This document shows positions 10,771 to 20,682 of a DNA stretch of 53,418 bases, one piece after another. The position numbers and the translations under genes are program-made. The stretch spans positions 1 through 53,418 of the forward strand of contig DATFBL010000055.1 of assembly GCA_035253865.1 (NCBI GenBank), given 5' to 3'. Origin of the DNA: Nitrososphaeraceae archaeon (GTDB lineage Archaea > Thermoproteota > Nitrososphaeria > Nitrososphaerales > Nitrososphaeraceae). The notes beneath the pieces are model-generated. The model saw nothing but the letters and a program-made list of their open reading frames with translations. It ran no database searches and had not been told where the DNA came from. Numbering within the stretch: the stretch's first letter is position 1; each line of letters begins with the position of its first letter.

Positions 10771-11964
10771 CTACTTTAGATACTCTAATGCCTTTCTCTC
10801 TCCTTGCCTAATCAATTCTTTAATTGTGTCCACAGAAAAGTCAGCGTTTTGGAGAGGATACGGTGTTTCTGCATTAATCCTAGTTATTCTGTTTAATTTC
10901 AGAATTTTGGCTCCGTGTTTTTGAACCAGTGATGAATGTTCCTTGATTATGTATTCAATTTTGTCCTTGTCAATGCTTGATTTTTCAGATTCCTCAAATA
11001 CGTCATACAATACCTCAATCAGATTCACATGTCGTGTTATGAGTCTAGACATTTTTTCTAGGCTTTGAGTCTTGTCACTAAACATGATATCCTTGGCTCT
11101 TGACATAACCTCACTCATGTTTGTTGGGAGTTTCTCTATTTTCTTTGGATAATTTTCCACGACAAAAATATTTTTGTTTTTACTTGGAGATGCTACCATT
11201 ACCTCTCGTATTGGGGTATTACTGAGTAGTGAACCATCCCATGCAAACGTTCCATCACTTACTTCCACCCATGGAAATCCGTATTGTGGATAACCGATGG
11301 TGGCAAGAAGATGTTTCATTTCAATAGGTTTCCTATAACTATCGAAGATAAGTGGTTCTGCCGTTAGTACATCAACTGCAGTAATTATGAGTCGAGTATT
11401 TGTATTAGGGTTAATGTTACTATTAGTAGTATTTGAATCATTTTGACGTGCCTTAGGCGAAAGCTTTTCAAAATTTATGTATTTGTCTATTGTATTTCTA
11501 AGGGCGGAGTTGTCATATATGTAAGTCCATTTCCAAGGCGGCTGAGCATACTCTCCTAACTGTGAGCTATCTGAACCAGGAATGTTGAAATTAAACCATC
11601 TAGGAGTGAAAAAATTAGGGACTCCAAAATATGCAGCATTTATGGACGCTGCGGGTGACCTCTTTAAACGAGTTTGATGTCTTTTATAATCAAAATCAAA
11701 AGTGAAAATATCTGGTATTATGTTATAGCTGCTCTGTGCTAAATCCAGCCAAAAATCTTCCAAATCTTTCTCAGGTGTATCGTTTCTGCTTCCAGCTGCT
11801 ATTGCGCCATTAATACCACCTATTGAAGTACCTGCAATTATGTCAAATTTTACATTTTTCTTTGCAAATGCTTTAAAGACCCCACATGCAAAAGCTCCCA
11901 GGGAACCTCCTCCCTGCAATATCAATACATTTTCGGTGCCCCTTTCATGTTTATGATTTACCAA
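10771..11964 (-). CDS. Patatin-like phospholipase/esterase
   Basis: Oxyanion LQGGGSLG, nucleophile GTSIG, catalytic WDGS (DGG-like); C-terminal DFS...GE. Confidence 0.9.
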   Translation of the reverse strand: MVNHKHERGTENVLILQGGGSLGAFACGVFKAFAKKNVKFDIIAGTSIGGINGAIAAGSRNDTPEKDLEDFWLDLAQSSYNIIPDIFTFDFDYKRHQTRLKRSPAASINAAYFGVPNFFTPRWFNFNIPGSDSSQLGEYAQPPWKWTYIYDNSALRNTIDKYINFEKLSPKARQNDSNTTNSNINPNTNTRLIITAVDVLTAEPLIFDSYRKPIEMKHLLATIGYPQYGFPWVEVSDGTFAWDGSLLSNTPIREVMVASPSKNKNIFVVENYPKKIEKLPTNMSEVMSRAKDIMFSDKTQSLEKMSRLITRHVNLIEVLYDVFEESEKSSIDKDKIEYIIKEHSSLVQKHGAKILKLNRITRINAETPYPLQNADFSVDTIKELIRQGERKALEYLK

Positions 11965-12388
11965 TACACTAACTATAATACATCATAATACAAATATTCT
12001 TAACGTTTTCTTGAAATACTTCGGCACATGATCTCGTATGAGCTCATTTTGCAAAATTAATCAAATTATGATGAGAGAGGTAAAGTTATGAGTTTCTATA
12101 AGTTATGGTAACTTTACCTTTTGATAGCAAGATTCGAATTTTGATTATATATGTATTAAAACAATGTTGTGCAACGAATGCTGATGAATAAGGCACTTTA
12201 CATTGGAACTATAACCATAGCGTTAGAATTTGTATATATGTATCTGTCAGTAGGTAATTCTCAAAACATTACATCGAATGTAATGAACGTGATCGGAAAT
12301 ACAATTACAAACATGAATCATCGTTAGACGGTACCATTGATATCAATTTTGTCGTATGTTATTCAGTATAGGTTAATAGGAAAGCGTA

Positions 12389-13465
12389 TTGAGAACTTCT
12401 ATAATTAGGCCTTCAAAAAATAAAAACATTGTAAGAGAAATGAATAAAATTGATACTAATGAAACGATATTGCTTCTGAATCCAAATTCTCAAGGTGGAA
12501 ATACAGGAAAAAACTGGATCTCTACTTATAGTAAAGTTAAAGAATTTCTGCCAGAAAATCACAGAATTATTTTTACGAAGAAAACCAATGATGGCATATT
12601 TGTTACGCGTAAGCTACTTAGAAAAGGTTACAAAAATATTGTTGCTATTGGAGGAGATGGGACAATTAATGAAATTGCAAATGGATTTTTTAATCTTCAA
12701 CCTCAAGACAGAACCATCGAAAATTTGGAGAAATTTGATTTTGATGACAGACTGCAACTGGCAAATTCGGATGGAGTGCTGTATATTATTCCATCAGGAA
12801 GTCGAAATGTATTAGCAAGGTCACTTGGACTAAAACATCAAGGAAAGCAAGCTTTGAAACGTATAAAGCAGATGAAAACCCGAAAAATGGATGCTATATT
12901 GGCAGTTATAACCGACAGAAACTCTCCTTCCTTAGCCCATAAGAGAATTATCTTAAATGCAGCAGAAATAGGTGTTGGAGCTGAAATTATAGATAGATCT
13001 AAAAAAGTAAGAAAGAAAATAAAGAGTCGTTTTGTATCTACCATGGCAAGTATAGTGGCAACCCTTCCAGCATACACCAGTAATGAATGCGATATAGTAA
13101 TTGATGGTAAGAAAATCTCAACTAAAATGACTATGGGGGTAATTGCAAATGGTCGGTTTCTGGGAGGAGGTTTCAAGGCGGCACCTCGAGCAAAGTTTTC
13201 AGATGGACTGCTGGATATCATACTATTGAAAAACTCTGGGAGCCTGAAAATGCTTGATAAATTAATCGAATTAAAGGGTACTAGTACTTACAAATATGAA
13301 GAGGACATCCTCTACTATCAAGCTTCGGAAGTCAAATTCTTCCCAAAAGAGAGAGATGTTACTGTTTCAGTGGATGGCGAACCAATCGGAATGCTTCCAG
13401 CTATTTTTAAAAATTATCAAGATGCCTTAACTGTCAAGACTGAGACATCCTCGTCTAGGATATAG
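12389..13465 (+). CDS. Diacylglycerol/lipid kinase family protein (YegS/BmrU-like)
   Basis: NPNSQG, GGDGTINE, IPSGSRN, NGRFLGGG, DGLLD, VDGE; true start may be ATG at 12440. Confidence 0.9.
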   Translation: MRTSIIRPSKNKNIVREMNKIDTNETILLLNPNSQGGNTGKNWISTYSKVKEFLPENHRIIFTKKTNDGIFVTRKLLRKGYKNIVAIGGDGTINEIANGFFNLQPQDRTIENLEKFDFDDRLQLANSDGVLYIIPSGSRNVLARSLGLKHQGKQALKRIKQMKTRKMDAILAVITDRNSPSLAHKRIILNAAEIGVGAEIIDRSKKVRKKIKSRFVSTMASIVATLPAYTSNECDIVIDGKKISTKMTMGVIANGRFLGGGFKAAPRAKFSDGLLDIILLKNSGSLKMLDKLIELKGTSTYKYEEDILYYQASEVKFFPKERDVTVSVDGEPIGMLPAIFKNYQDALTVKTETSSSRI

Positions 13466-13562
13466 ATAAGTGATACAACACAAGTCTGTAATTGAAGTTA
13501 GTGTCCAAGACTAGATGTTGGAATGTTAACCTTGGAGTGTTTAATATGCGATACGAGAATCC

Positions 13563-13730
13563 TTAGATGTTTTTTGAAAACTTTCTGGCAGTTTTTTTTC
13601 GTTCGTCCTCATTTTTTTGTATTTCGTAATGCTCCTTTGGGATGTCTGATGGTTCTTCTCCAAATTGTCCACTCGTAGAATCATTTAACGCCTGATCTCG
13701 CTTGAATGGTTTCTTTTTTTCAGTGCTCAT
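13563..13730 (-). CDS. Small charged hypothetical protein (55 aa), absent from the ORF track
   Basis: MSTEKKKPFKRDQALNDSTSGQFGEEPSDIPKEHYEIQKNEDERKKTARKFSKNI* read manually, just downstream of the O-methyltransferase. Confidence 0.45.
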   Translation of the reverse strand: MSTEKKKPFKRDQALNDSTSGQFGEEPSDIPKEHYEIQKNEDERKKTARKFSKNI

Positions 13731-13784
13731 TTATCCTGATTAATTATGGGACAACATTGTATTAATTGCTTCTTAAGTCAACTA

Positions 13785-14441
13785 TTACACTAGGCTGATA
13801 CTTACTTCAAGAGCATCAGAAACATTCTTGGTAAACTCCAAGCTTGTCTCCGTTGTGTGACTCTGATACCTGCCAGAATGTCTAACATAATCTAAATAAT
13901 CCTTCATTTCGTTCTCAAATAGTATTACATTGTCAGCAACAACAACTGCTCTCTTATCTAGTAAACCATACCCTTCAACAAGCTGGAGGTATTTCAGATA
14001 CTCATTTTTTGCAGCATCTAAGAAAACCATATTGAATTTAGTATTAAGGTTCGGAATTACTCTTATTGCATCTCCATTAATCACTTTAATTAATTTAGAT
14101 AAACTTGAACTCTTAATGTTCTTTCTAGCTACAGTAGCAAGTTTTTCATCCTTTTCCACACTTATTACAATAGGCTTATTGTAATTAGCGTCAGAATCAA
14201 TATTCTTATTTCCATAGGAGTGAATTGATATAGCATTAGCAGCTAAAATCGCTGAATATCCATGCAATGTCCCAATTTCTAGATACTTCTTTGGTTTATG
14301 TTCCTTTATCACATTTTCTACAATTTTTGCCTTTATAGGACCTATTGAAGGCAGAGAATCCATTCTTGCAATTTCTTCAATTTCTTCAAGTACGTTCAAT
14401 ACAGTTTTGTTTTCTTTGTTCTGTTTACTTTTACTTCTCAA
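13785..14441 (-). CDS. Class I SAM-dependent O-methyltransferase (caffeoyl-CoA OMT/YrrM-like)
   Basis: LEIGTLHGYS, GDA, FLDAAKNEY, VADNV. Confidence 0.88.
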   Translation of the reverse strand: MRSKSKQNKENKTVLNVLEEIEEIARMDSLPSIGPIKAKIVENVIKEHKPKKYLEIGTLHGYSAILAANAISIHSYGNKNIDSDANYNKPIVISVEKDEKLATVARKNIKSSSLSKLIKVINGDAIRVIPNLNTKFNMVFLDAAKNEYLKYLQLVEGYGLLDKRAVVVADNVILFENEMKDYLDYVRHSGRYQSHTTETSLEFTKNVSDALEVSISLV

Positions 14442-14587
14442 ATTAAATAATATTTCTCAATTTAGTATAAGAAAATATCGGCTCATTTTCTATTACTGAG
14501 GTAACCTTTTTTTAGAACTTGGTGAGGATACAATATAATTGATTTATCGAGGAAACAGTTATTAAAAATACTGTTAATATCTTGTCT

Positions 14588-15004
14588 ATGAGTGGACAAT
14601 CAGCTGCGAGATTAACTGACCGTCGGATTAGAGAAATTTTTGAAAGAAAGAATTTTGCTTTTTTGTCTTCCTTAATGAAAGACGGTTCTCCACATGTTAC
14701 ACCTACATGGGTCGATATTGAGGATGATAACATTTTAATCAATACTGCACTAGGTAGAATAAAGCAAACGAATATTTCAAGAGATCCTAGAATTGCATTG
14801 TCAATTATTGATCAAGATAATCAATATGAAATGGTTACCATCAGAGGTAAGGTGACGGAGCAAATTACCGGTGACGTAGCTGAAAAACATATTGATAAAT
14901 TAGCAAGAAAATATATTGACATGGATAAATATCCAAGAAGGTCAAAAGGTGAACAAAGAGTCATATTAAAGATAAAACCAGAAAAAATTTTTCATATGAA
15001 ATAG
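14588..15004 (+). CDS. PPOX-class (split barrel) putative F420-dependent oxidoreductase
   Basis: DGSPHVTPTW, KQTNISRDPRIAL, LARKY, RVILKIKPEK. Confidence 0.88.
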   Translation: MSGQSAARLTDRRIREIFERKNFAFLSSLMKDGSPHVTPTWVDIEDDNILINTALGRIKQTNISRDPRIALSIIDQDNQYEMVTIRGKVTEQITGDVAEKHIDKLARKYIDMDKYPRRSKGEQRVILKIKPEKIFHMK

Positions 15005-15072
15005 TCCTAGTGGCAGATATCCTGTCATGTTCGTAGTGAAATCGTTATATCTTATATTGAATATTGAATACT

Positions 15073-15171
15073 ATGTCTTCAGAAGATCAAGAAAAATGTG
15101 CTGCTTGTGGAATGACATTCAGTACGCAAGAAGAACTGAAAGAACATATGCTCGAATTACATAGAGAATAA
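15073..15171 (+). CDS. 32-aa C2H2 zinc-finger micro-protein, absent from the ORF track
   Basis: MSSEDQEKCAACGMTFSTQEELKEHMLELHRE*; matches C-x2-C-x3-F-x5-L-x2-H-x4-H. Confidence 0.75.
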   Translation: MSSEDQEKCAACGMTFSTQEELKEHMLELHRE

Positions 15172-15255
15172 CTACAAATAATTATTCTCAAGTATGCTTT
15201 TGCAGAACTAGTAAAAATACGCTACTTTAATAGATATTGTAAATCAAGTTGCAAT

Positions 15256-15480
15256 TTATGTTGCAAGCTTGTATATTGGGGGAGATATTTTTTCTTCCAT
15301 ATTGGTTAAGATCTGATCTATACAATCATGGCTAATTATCGATGGGATTGAAACCCTAAGCTCTATTGGAACTAAATAATTAATGTGATTCAAAAGTTGA
15401 CATCTTTTTCCAATTTCTTTTTCTTCCCTGCACATATTTATCAGATTTATAAAGTGTTTACTATCTTTTAGCAATACCAT
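15256..15480 (-). CDS. Hypothetical protein
   Basis: 74-aa ORF with ATG start, no recognised motif. Confidence 0.5.
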   Translation of the reverse strand: MVLLKDSKHFINLINMCREEKEIGKRCQLLNHINYLVPIELRVSIPSIISHDCIDQILTNMEEKISPPIYKLAT

Positions 15481-15725
15481 ATCATGATCATACAGATTAA
15501 TGAGCTTTAATCATAATTATTTTCTAGTATTGTTCTATATCATAAATAGTGGAAAATCTTAGATAATTGAAAACATAAGAAATTTGTTTTCCTTTTTTAA
15601 TCAATGATGGGTAAAGGTTCAACGCTTTCTGCTGCCTTACACTATGTGGTTCAACAAAAAATTAAGCTTCCTCTGATCATAAATCACAAATGTATACATA
15701 AGCATTTTTTCAATATTACAACAAG

Positions 15726-16190
15726 TTATCTAACTACCATAACAGGACATGAAGAATGATTAACTACGCCTTCTGCCACGCTTCCCAGTAACAATTTCTT
15801 AAATCCAGTCCTTCCCCTAGTTCCCAATATGATCAGATCCATTTTTTCTTTACTTGCAAATCCTACTATTTCACCAACAATAGATGACGCCGAGATGATG
15901 ATCTTCCCAGTTAAAGTAATCTTGGTAGTTCCAAGTTTACTTTTTATTTCATCAAACCATTTTTGCACGTCCTTTTTTTGAGTCTCCAATACATCTTCTA
16001 TGGCTTTTGGAGTGGTAACTCCTATTAGATTTGAATAAGCAAACCCCAATTCTGAATACAATACATACAATATTGTTAGTTCAGCATCATATTTTTTGGC
16101 GAAACTAACTGCATAATCTGCAGCCTTCATGGAATTTTCCGAACCATCAATTGTAACTAATATTTTTTTTATAATCAATGACAAACACAA
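15726..16190 (-). CDS. Universal stress protein (UspA family)
   Basis: ILVTIDGSENS, DLIILGTRGRTG, LLGSVAEGV, CPVMVV. Confidence 0.93.
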   Translation of the reverse strand: MCLSLIIKKILVTIDGSENSMKAADYAVSFAKKYDAELTILYVLYSELGFAYSNLIGVTTPKAIEDVLETQKKDVQKWFDEIKSKLGTTKITLTGKIIISASSIVGEIVGFASKEKMDLIILGTRGRTGFKKLLLGSVAEGVVNHSSCPVMVVR

Positions 16191-16461
16191 AACTCCATTA
16201 ATTGATACTCCTCAAAGGAAAAAAATTTCATTATAGTGATAAGAAAAGCAATACCAATATGAAGATATTGTTACAAGTTAGGCGGCCGCTTGATTCTCAC
16301 CTTACACATATGTCTATTTCGGCAGGAGTGGATCAAATTTGAGCTTTGAATTTTTTTCTATTGCTATGAGAGATATCGGTGACTCAATTATTTTGTCTAC
16401 TTAGAATCAAATTTGGGATTTGTTGGATCAGACATAAATGTAATGATGACGTTTACTTATC

Positions 16462-16593
16462 ATGGACTGCGATTTTTGTAGAAAAGAGTCTGAAAATTAC
16501 AAATCGTTTTATTCTCCGTCCGGAACGGATCCACGTGAATATCACATATGCATAAACTGCATAGAAGGTTGGTTAAATGAAATAAAAAAATAA
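16462..16593 (+). CDS. 43-aa C4 zinc-finger micro-protein, absent from the ORF track
   Basis: MDCDFCRKESENYKSFYSPSGTDPREYHICINCIEGWLNEIKK*; resembles the ClpX-type C4 spacing. Confidence 0.65.
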   Translation: MDCDFCRKESENYKSFYSPSGTDPREYHICINCIEGWLNEIKK

Positions 16594-16653
16594 AATCACA
16601 AATAATGATTTGTCCCTATCAAATAATGATTCAATCTAAATAAATTGAGAGAT

Positions 16654-17037
16654 TCAATGATGAGAATAATTCAATATTCGGTTACGTCCAACAATTCTGA
16701 ACTTGTACTGCTGGCCATACAAATTAGCATAGAATTGAGTGTAGCTCTTTGCTGCAGTAAATGTGGTAAAATTGGTTCTTAATCCATCCACTACTACCTT
16801 ATTACCATATATATCCTCGATTTCGATGACATAAAATTTTGGTAGTTTCTTTAGTTGCTTCATTGTCATGTATATTATTATAAGGAAAAATGTTACTACA
16901 GTGAGAACCATAAGCACATGTTCAAAACTTTTCACAAATTCTAAAACATTATTTATAACATACTCTTCGATCCATTTTGAAGAAAATGATAATAATCTAA
17001 TAACGATTAATCCAACATAATCAATCACTTCATCCAC
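16654..17037 (-). CDS. Hypothetical single-TM protein
   Basis: Hydrophobic segment followed by a soluble domain; start uncertain. Confidence 0.55.
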   Translation of the reverse strand: MDEVIDYVGLIVIRLLSFSSKWIEEYVINNVLEFVKSFEHVLMVLTVVTFFLIIIYMTMKQLKKLPKFYVIEIEDIYGNKVVVDGLRTNFTTFTAAKSYTQFYANLYGQQYKFRIVGRNRILNYSHH

Positions 17038-17298
17038 CCCCAGGCAGCATCAATCGTCATCAAATGATATTTCACTTAAGATCTTTAAAAGAATATCTAT
17101 AGATTTTTGAAATGGGTTAGGTTTTATTGTATTGAATCAATGTATTTCTCCTTCTATTCGTAATAATATTTTTGAATTTCTATTTGGAGTATCAATTTCA
17201 TGCGACTCTAATAATTTGCGTAGTAATAAATTAAAAAGTTGGTCTAAAAGAAAAAATTGAGTAGAATATTGATTTTTAACTCAATATTGTTTTCTATT

Positions 17299-17736
17299 CT
17301 ATTCAGCACCTTTTAGTATATCTATTGCCTCGACTAATTTGGCATCAGTAGCATTAATGTGACTATCCAGTTCTGATTGATCAGCTTTATCTTGTATCAA
17401 GTCACGCAACTCTTCTCGCATCATATGTTCAAGATCCTCCATGAAAGCATGAGATCCTTTTTCTTCGAGTTCAGCTTCTACATGTTCGAAATTGTCAAGA
17501 TAAGCCGTATTTGCTAGTTCTTCGGCACCTGTAACGTTGCCATTCTTATACTCAACTGATGTTTGGTTGAGAAGATTTCTCGCATTCTCCAAGTAGTTGA
17601 CGAATTTGTTGGGGTCTTCACCTTGAGCTGTTTCATTCTCCTGTCCAAATCCATATTTTAGATCAGAAAATGATGCTGGCACCATGATTGCAGCTAATAG
17701 TATTGTCCATTGTAGATTGATATTGAATTTTCTCAT
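17299..17736 (-). CDS. Secreted helical protein resembling the extracellular N-terminal domain of FTR1/PbrT-type iron permeases
   Basis: Signal peptide; AEELANTAYLDNFEHVEAEL resembles the A..AY...FE..E pattern; ATG at 17736. Confidence 0.6.
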   Translation of the reverse strand: MRKFNINLQWTILLAAIMVPASFSDLKYGFGQENETAQGEDPNKFVNYLENARNLLNQTSVEYKNGNVTGAEELANTAYLDNFEHVEAELEEKGSHAFMEDLEHMMREELRDLIQDKADQSELDSHINATDAKLVEAIDILKGAE

Positions 17737-17738
17737 TG

Positions 17739-17752
17739 TTAGGTCCACCTAA
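17739..17752. promoter_or_regulatory. Palindrome TTAGG-N4-CCTAA, DtxR/IdeR/MntR-family operator-like
   Basis: Perfect TTAGGTCCACCTAA between a TATA box (TTTAAATA on - strand, 17768-17775) and the ATG at 17736. Confidence 0.6.
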
Positions 17753-17868
17753 TTAGATTTTGAGAGCTATTTAAACAATCTTGAGAAACCATTCATCAAT
17801 CAAATATTTGGCTTGGTAAATTCTAATACTTTTTATTTGCCAAATCCAAAAAGAGAGTCTAAGGAAAA

Positions 17869-18360
17869 TTGAATCTATTTAATTCGATCAGCCTGGTTCT
17901 GAAAACTGCTTTTTCAAATCAAATTCACATCATTATAGGTTCAATTACAGGAATAGTTTTTTGGGTAGTAACGAACATGTTTGATAACATTTTGTTTTTT
18001 TCACCATTTTTGGCGTTCCATGTTCCGAGTGACATGCTTGGAACGTTTTTGTTGTCTGGTGTAAATTCGATATTGGTTGGAATTTTGGTAAACTTTGGTC
18101 TTTATATGGTGAGGAACTTGAAGGTAAAATTAAGTAAATCTGCACTATCTGGCACAACAGTTAGTATAGTTTCTAGTACGTGTGCCAGCTGTTCCACCTT
18201 CGCATTTACCGTAGCTTCAATTTTTGGTGGACTAGGTTTTGCTATTTCTGATTTTTTAGTAGCAAATCAGACTATAATAAGAGAAATCTCGACCATTATT
18301 TTGTTATTTGCAGTTTATACTAATTATACAAAGATTAGAAACAGCTGTAAAATGCCTTAG
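17869..18360 (+). CDS. 4-TM membrane protein with CxxC motif
   Basis: Four hydrophobic segments, STCASCS, C-terminal Cys. Confidence 0.7.
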   Translation: MNLFNSISLVLKTAFSNQIHIIIGSITGIVFWVVTNMFDNILFFSPFLAFHVPSDMLGTFLLSGVNSILVGILVNFGLYMVRNLKVKLSKSALSGTTVSIVSSTCASCSTFAFTVASIFGGLGFAISDFLVANQTIIREISTIILLFAVYTNYTKIRNSCKMP

Positions 18361-18560
18361 ACATCAAATTAGCGGCAAGTCTGGCAAATGATGATTGAAT
18401 TTACTAAGAGTAATTAATGATTGACATATTAATTAAGATTGTCTGAACCGTATTGGACTCTAAATTCAAATGACAAATAATAAAAAGAAATAGGGAGGAT
18501 TCTAATTCCAGTATCATCATTTGTTGCTGGATGTGTCTTAATAGATAATAGATAACCTAT

Positions 18561-18761
18561 TTATCCCGTCAAGTTACCGGTCATTCCAGTCATGTTACTA
18601 GTCATGTTACCGGTCATTCCAGTCATGTTTTCACCCATTCCAGTCATGTTACCAGTCTTTCCAGTCATGTTTTCAGCAAACACAACAGTACCAATTGCTG
18701 GTACTAGTAACATCCCTAGAGCTAAGGTGATTGCCAATGACAAAATAAAAAATGTAGCCAT
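18561..18761 (-). CDS. Small secreted Met/Thr/Gly-repeat protein
   Basis: Signal peptide ending VFA, then ENMTGKTGNMTGMGENMTGMTGNMTSNMTGMTGNLTG; DNA repeat cagtcatgtt. Confidence 0.7.
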   Translation of the reverse strand: MATFFILSLAITLALGMLLVPAIGTVVFAENMTGKTGNMTGMGENMTGMTGNMTSNMTGMTGNLTG

Positions 18762-19097
18762 TTTTATATGAAGCAATGCTACTTTATTTAAATTTTTCTT
18801 GAAATGCATGTGAATAGAAAACCGTATAATTTAACAATATTATCAATAAAATTCCTGATGAATTGGAGATTTTAATTCGATTTATAAAAATATGAGGCAA
18901 AATTGAATTAGGCCAATCGCAAGATGAATTAAGATATTACCAAATTATAGCAATAATGTTATTGATATTTTTAGTTAGACAGTTAATTAATATGAAAAAC
19001 CGGTCCATAGCTTGATATAATTATTAAAATTCTTGAATCGCAATACTATAACAAGCTAATAATTTATGAATTGAAGAATAATATGGTATATGGAAAA

Positions 19098-19513
19098 TGA
19101 GTTCAGTTTTTAGCTACGGTTTGTTGCCTATCCGAATCATGGCCGGCATTGTATTTATCGCCCACCTATTCCGAAATTTTATGATACGTCAGGTGGATAT
19201 GGTTTCTTTCAATCAATTAATTTGCCACCTGAATTATTCCTTCCAATTGCACTACTTGCGGTTATAGGTGGTTTAGCTATCTTGTTTGGAATTAGCTATA
19301 ATTGCTTCTTTACTATTTATCATAGAAATGATAGGCGCTATAGTAACTGCCAAATTGTCCAGAGGATTTATTGGTGGATATGAATTTGAATTGCTTCTGA
19401 TATCTATTTGCATTTCATTGGTTATTATGGGCCCAGCAAAAATATCTATCGAAAATTATGTCTTAAAAAGAGAAATTTTCCCTAAAGGGAAACGGTTGTA
19501 TAGAGACTACTAA
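19098..19513 (+). pseudogene. DoxX family membrane protein with two frameshifts
   Basis: Three frames join: GLLPIRIMAGIVFIAH / IPKFYDTSGGYGFFQSINLP...GGLAILFGI / IIASLLFIIEM...GGYEFELLL...GPAKISIE. Confidence 0.8.
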
Positions 19514-19669
19514 TACAGAAATTAGATAGAAGCTATAGGATTTTTTTAAATAACGCATTCTATTTTTTTATGTCTCAATCAATACAATAAAAAGATAATA
19601 TAACCAAAAAAAGTATCTAGGCATGAGTTTGATACGTTACTATTTGAAATAATGAAAGTTACGGGTTAG

Positions 19670-20473
19670 TCAGGATGAGGATAAACCCCATTTTTCGCGT
19701 ACCCTTTCTTCGACTTTTGAGAAAACAAATCTATCAAATATCAAACCAACAGCAAATATTACGATCATAGTTGCAATTATCTGACTCATGTTCGAAAACT
19801 CTCTTCCTATTGCCAAAATATAACCCAACCCTACCCCCGTGGTTATCAACATCTCTGCACCAACTAGTGCGTGCCAAGCAAAAGACCAAGTTTGTCTTAG
19901 ACCCATTATTAAAGAAGGTGCTGAGGCAGGAATCATGACATGTCTGAACAATAGGAAGCCGCCAGCTCCCATATTGCGTGCAGCGTGTAGATATATTGGC
20001 GGTATGTTTCTAATTCCACCATAAGTTGAATTCATTACTGAGAACACGGAATTCATCACAATAACGAAGAGTATTCCAAAATCATTAAATCCGATCAGAA
20101 GGATAGCAAAAGGTACCCACGCTATGCTAGGGAAAGATTGTAGTCCCAAAGCAAATGAACTCATTGTTTTTCCAAATTGTCTGAATCTTACCATTACAAG
20201 TCCAACACATCCACCAATTACTACAGAGATTACAAATCCAATGAATAATCGCCATAGTGTAACTGCAATACCTTCAATCAATGTGTTTTCAGTGATCAGA
20301 TCTACGAATGACTCTGCAACCATCGCTGGAGAAGGAAGGGAAACACGTGGCCAGATTTCTAGTGAGAATACAATTTGCCAGACAATCAGAAAAACAACTA
20401 GAAATGAAACTATACTTAAAACGTCCTTCAAGTTAAAGTTGATTTCTTTTTTTGAATTTGAGGGGGTATTCAT
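19670..20473 (-). CDS. ABC transporter permease, NitT/TauT (SsuC/TauC-like)
   Basis: LPSP, LQSFPSIAW, EAA-like AARNMGA, LVGAEM, GLGY. Confidence 0.9.
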   Translation of the reverse strand: MNTPSNSKKEINFNLKDVLSIVSFLVVFLIVWQIVFSLEIWPRVSLPSPAMVAESFVDLITENTLIEGIAVTLWRLFIGFVISVVIGGCVGLVMVRFRQFGKTMSSFALGLQSFPSIAWVPFAILLIGFNDFGILFVIVMNSVFSVMNSTYGGIRNIPPIYLHAARNMGAGGFLLFRHVMIPASAPSLIMGLRQTWSFAWHALVGAEMLITTGVGLGYILAIGREFSNMSQIIATMIVIFAVGLIFDRFVFSKVEERVREKWGLSSS

Positions 20474-20682
20474 ATTAGAAAACCTTTAGACTGAACGCTC
20501 CCATTAGAGAAATTCTATACATAAAAAAATTCAAGTGATTGGATCACCATGCCACACGGATGTTGATTTTTTTGTCTTACTGGAAATATAAATGGTTTCA
20601 ATTGCGAGGTATTCATTATTTGTGATCCTAATCTCAAGTAATCTTCTATTCAATATTGACGAAAATTGTTGTTCATTGATAC

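Noticed and set aside
12164-12184. ATG-TTG-TGC-AAC-GAA-TGC (MLCNEC) micro-ORF start
   Set aside because: Stops immediately and has no second Cys pair in frame
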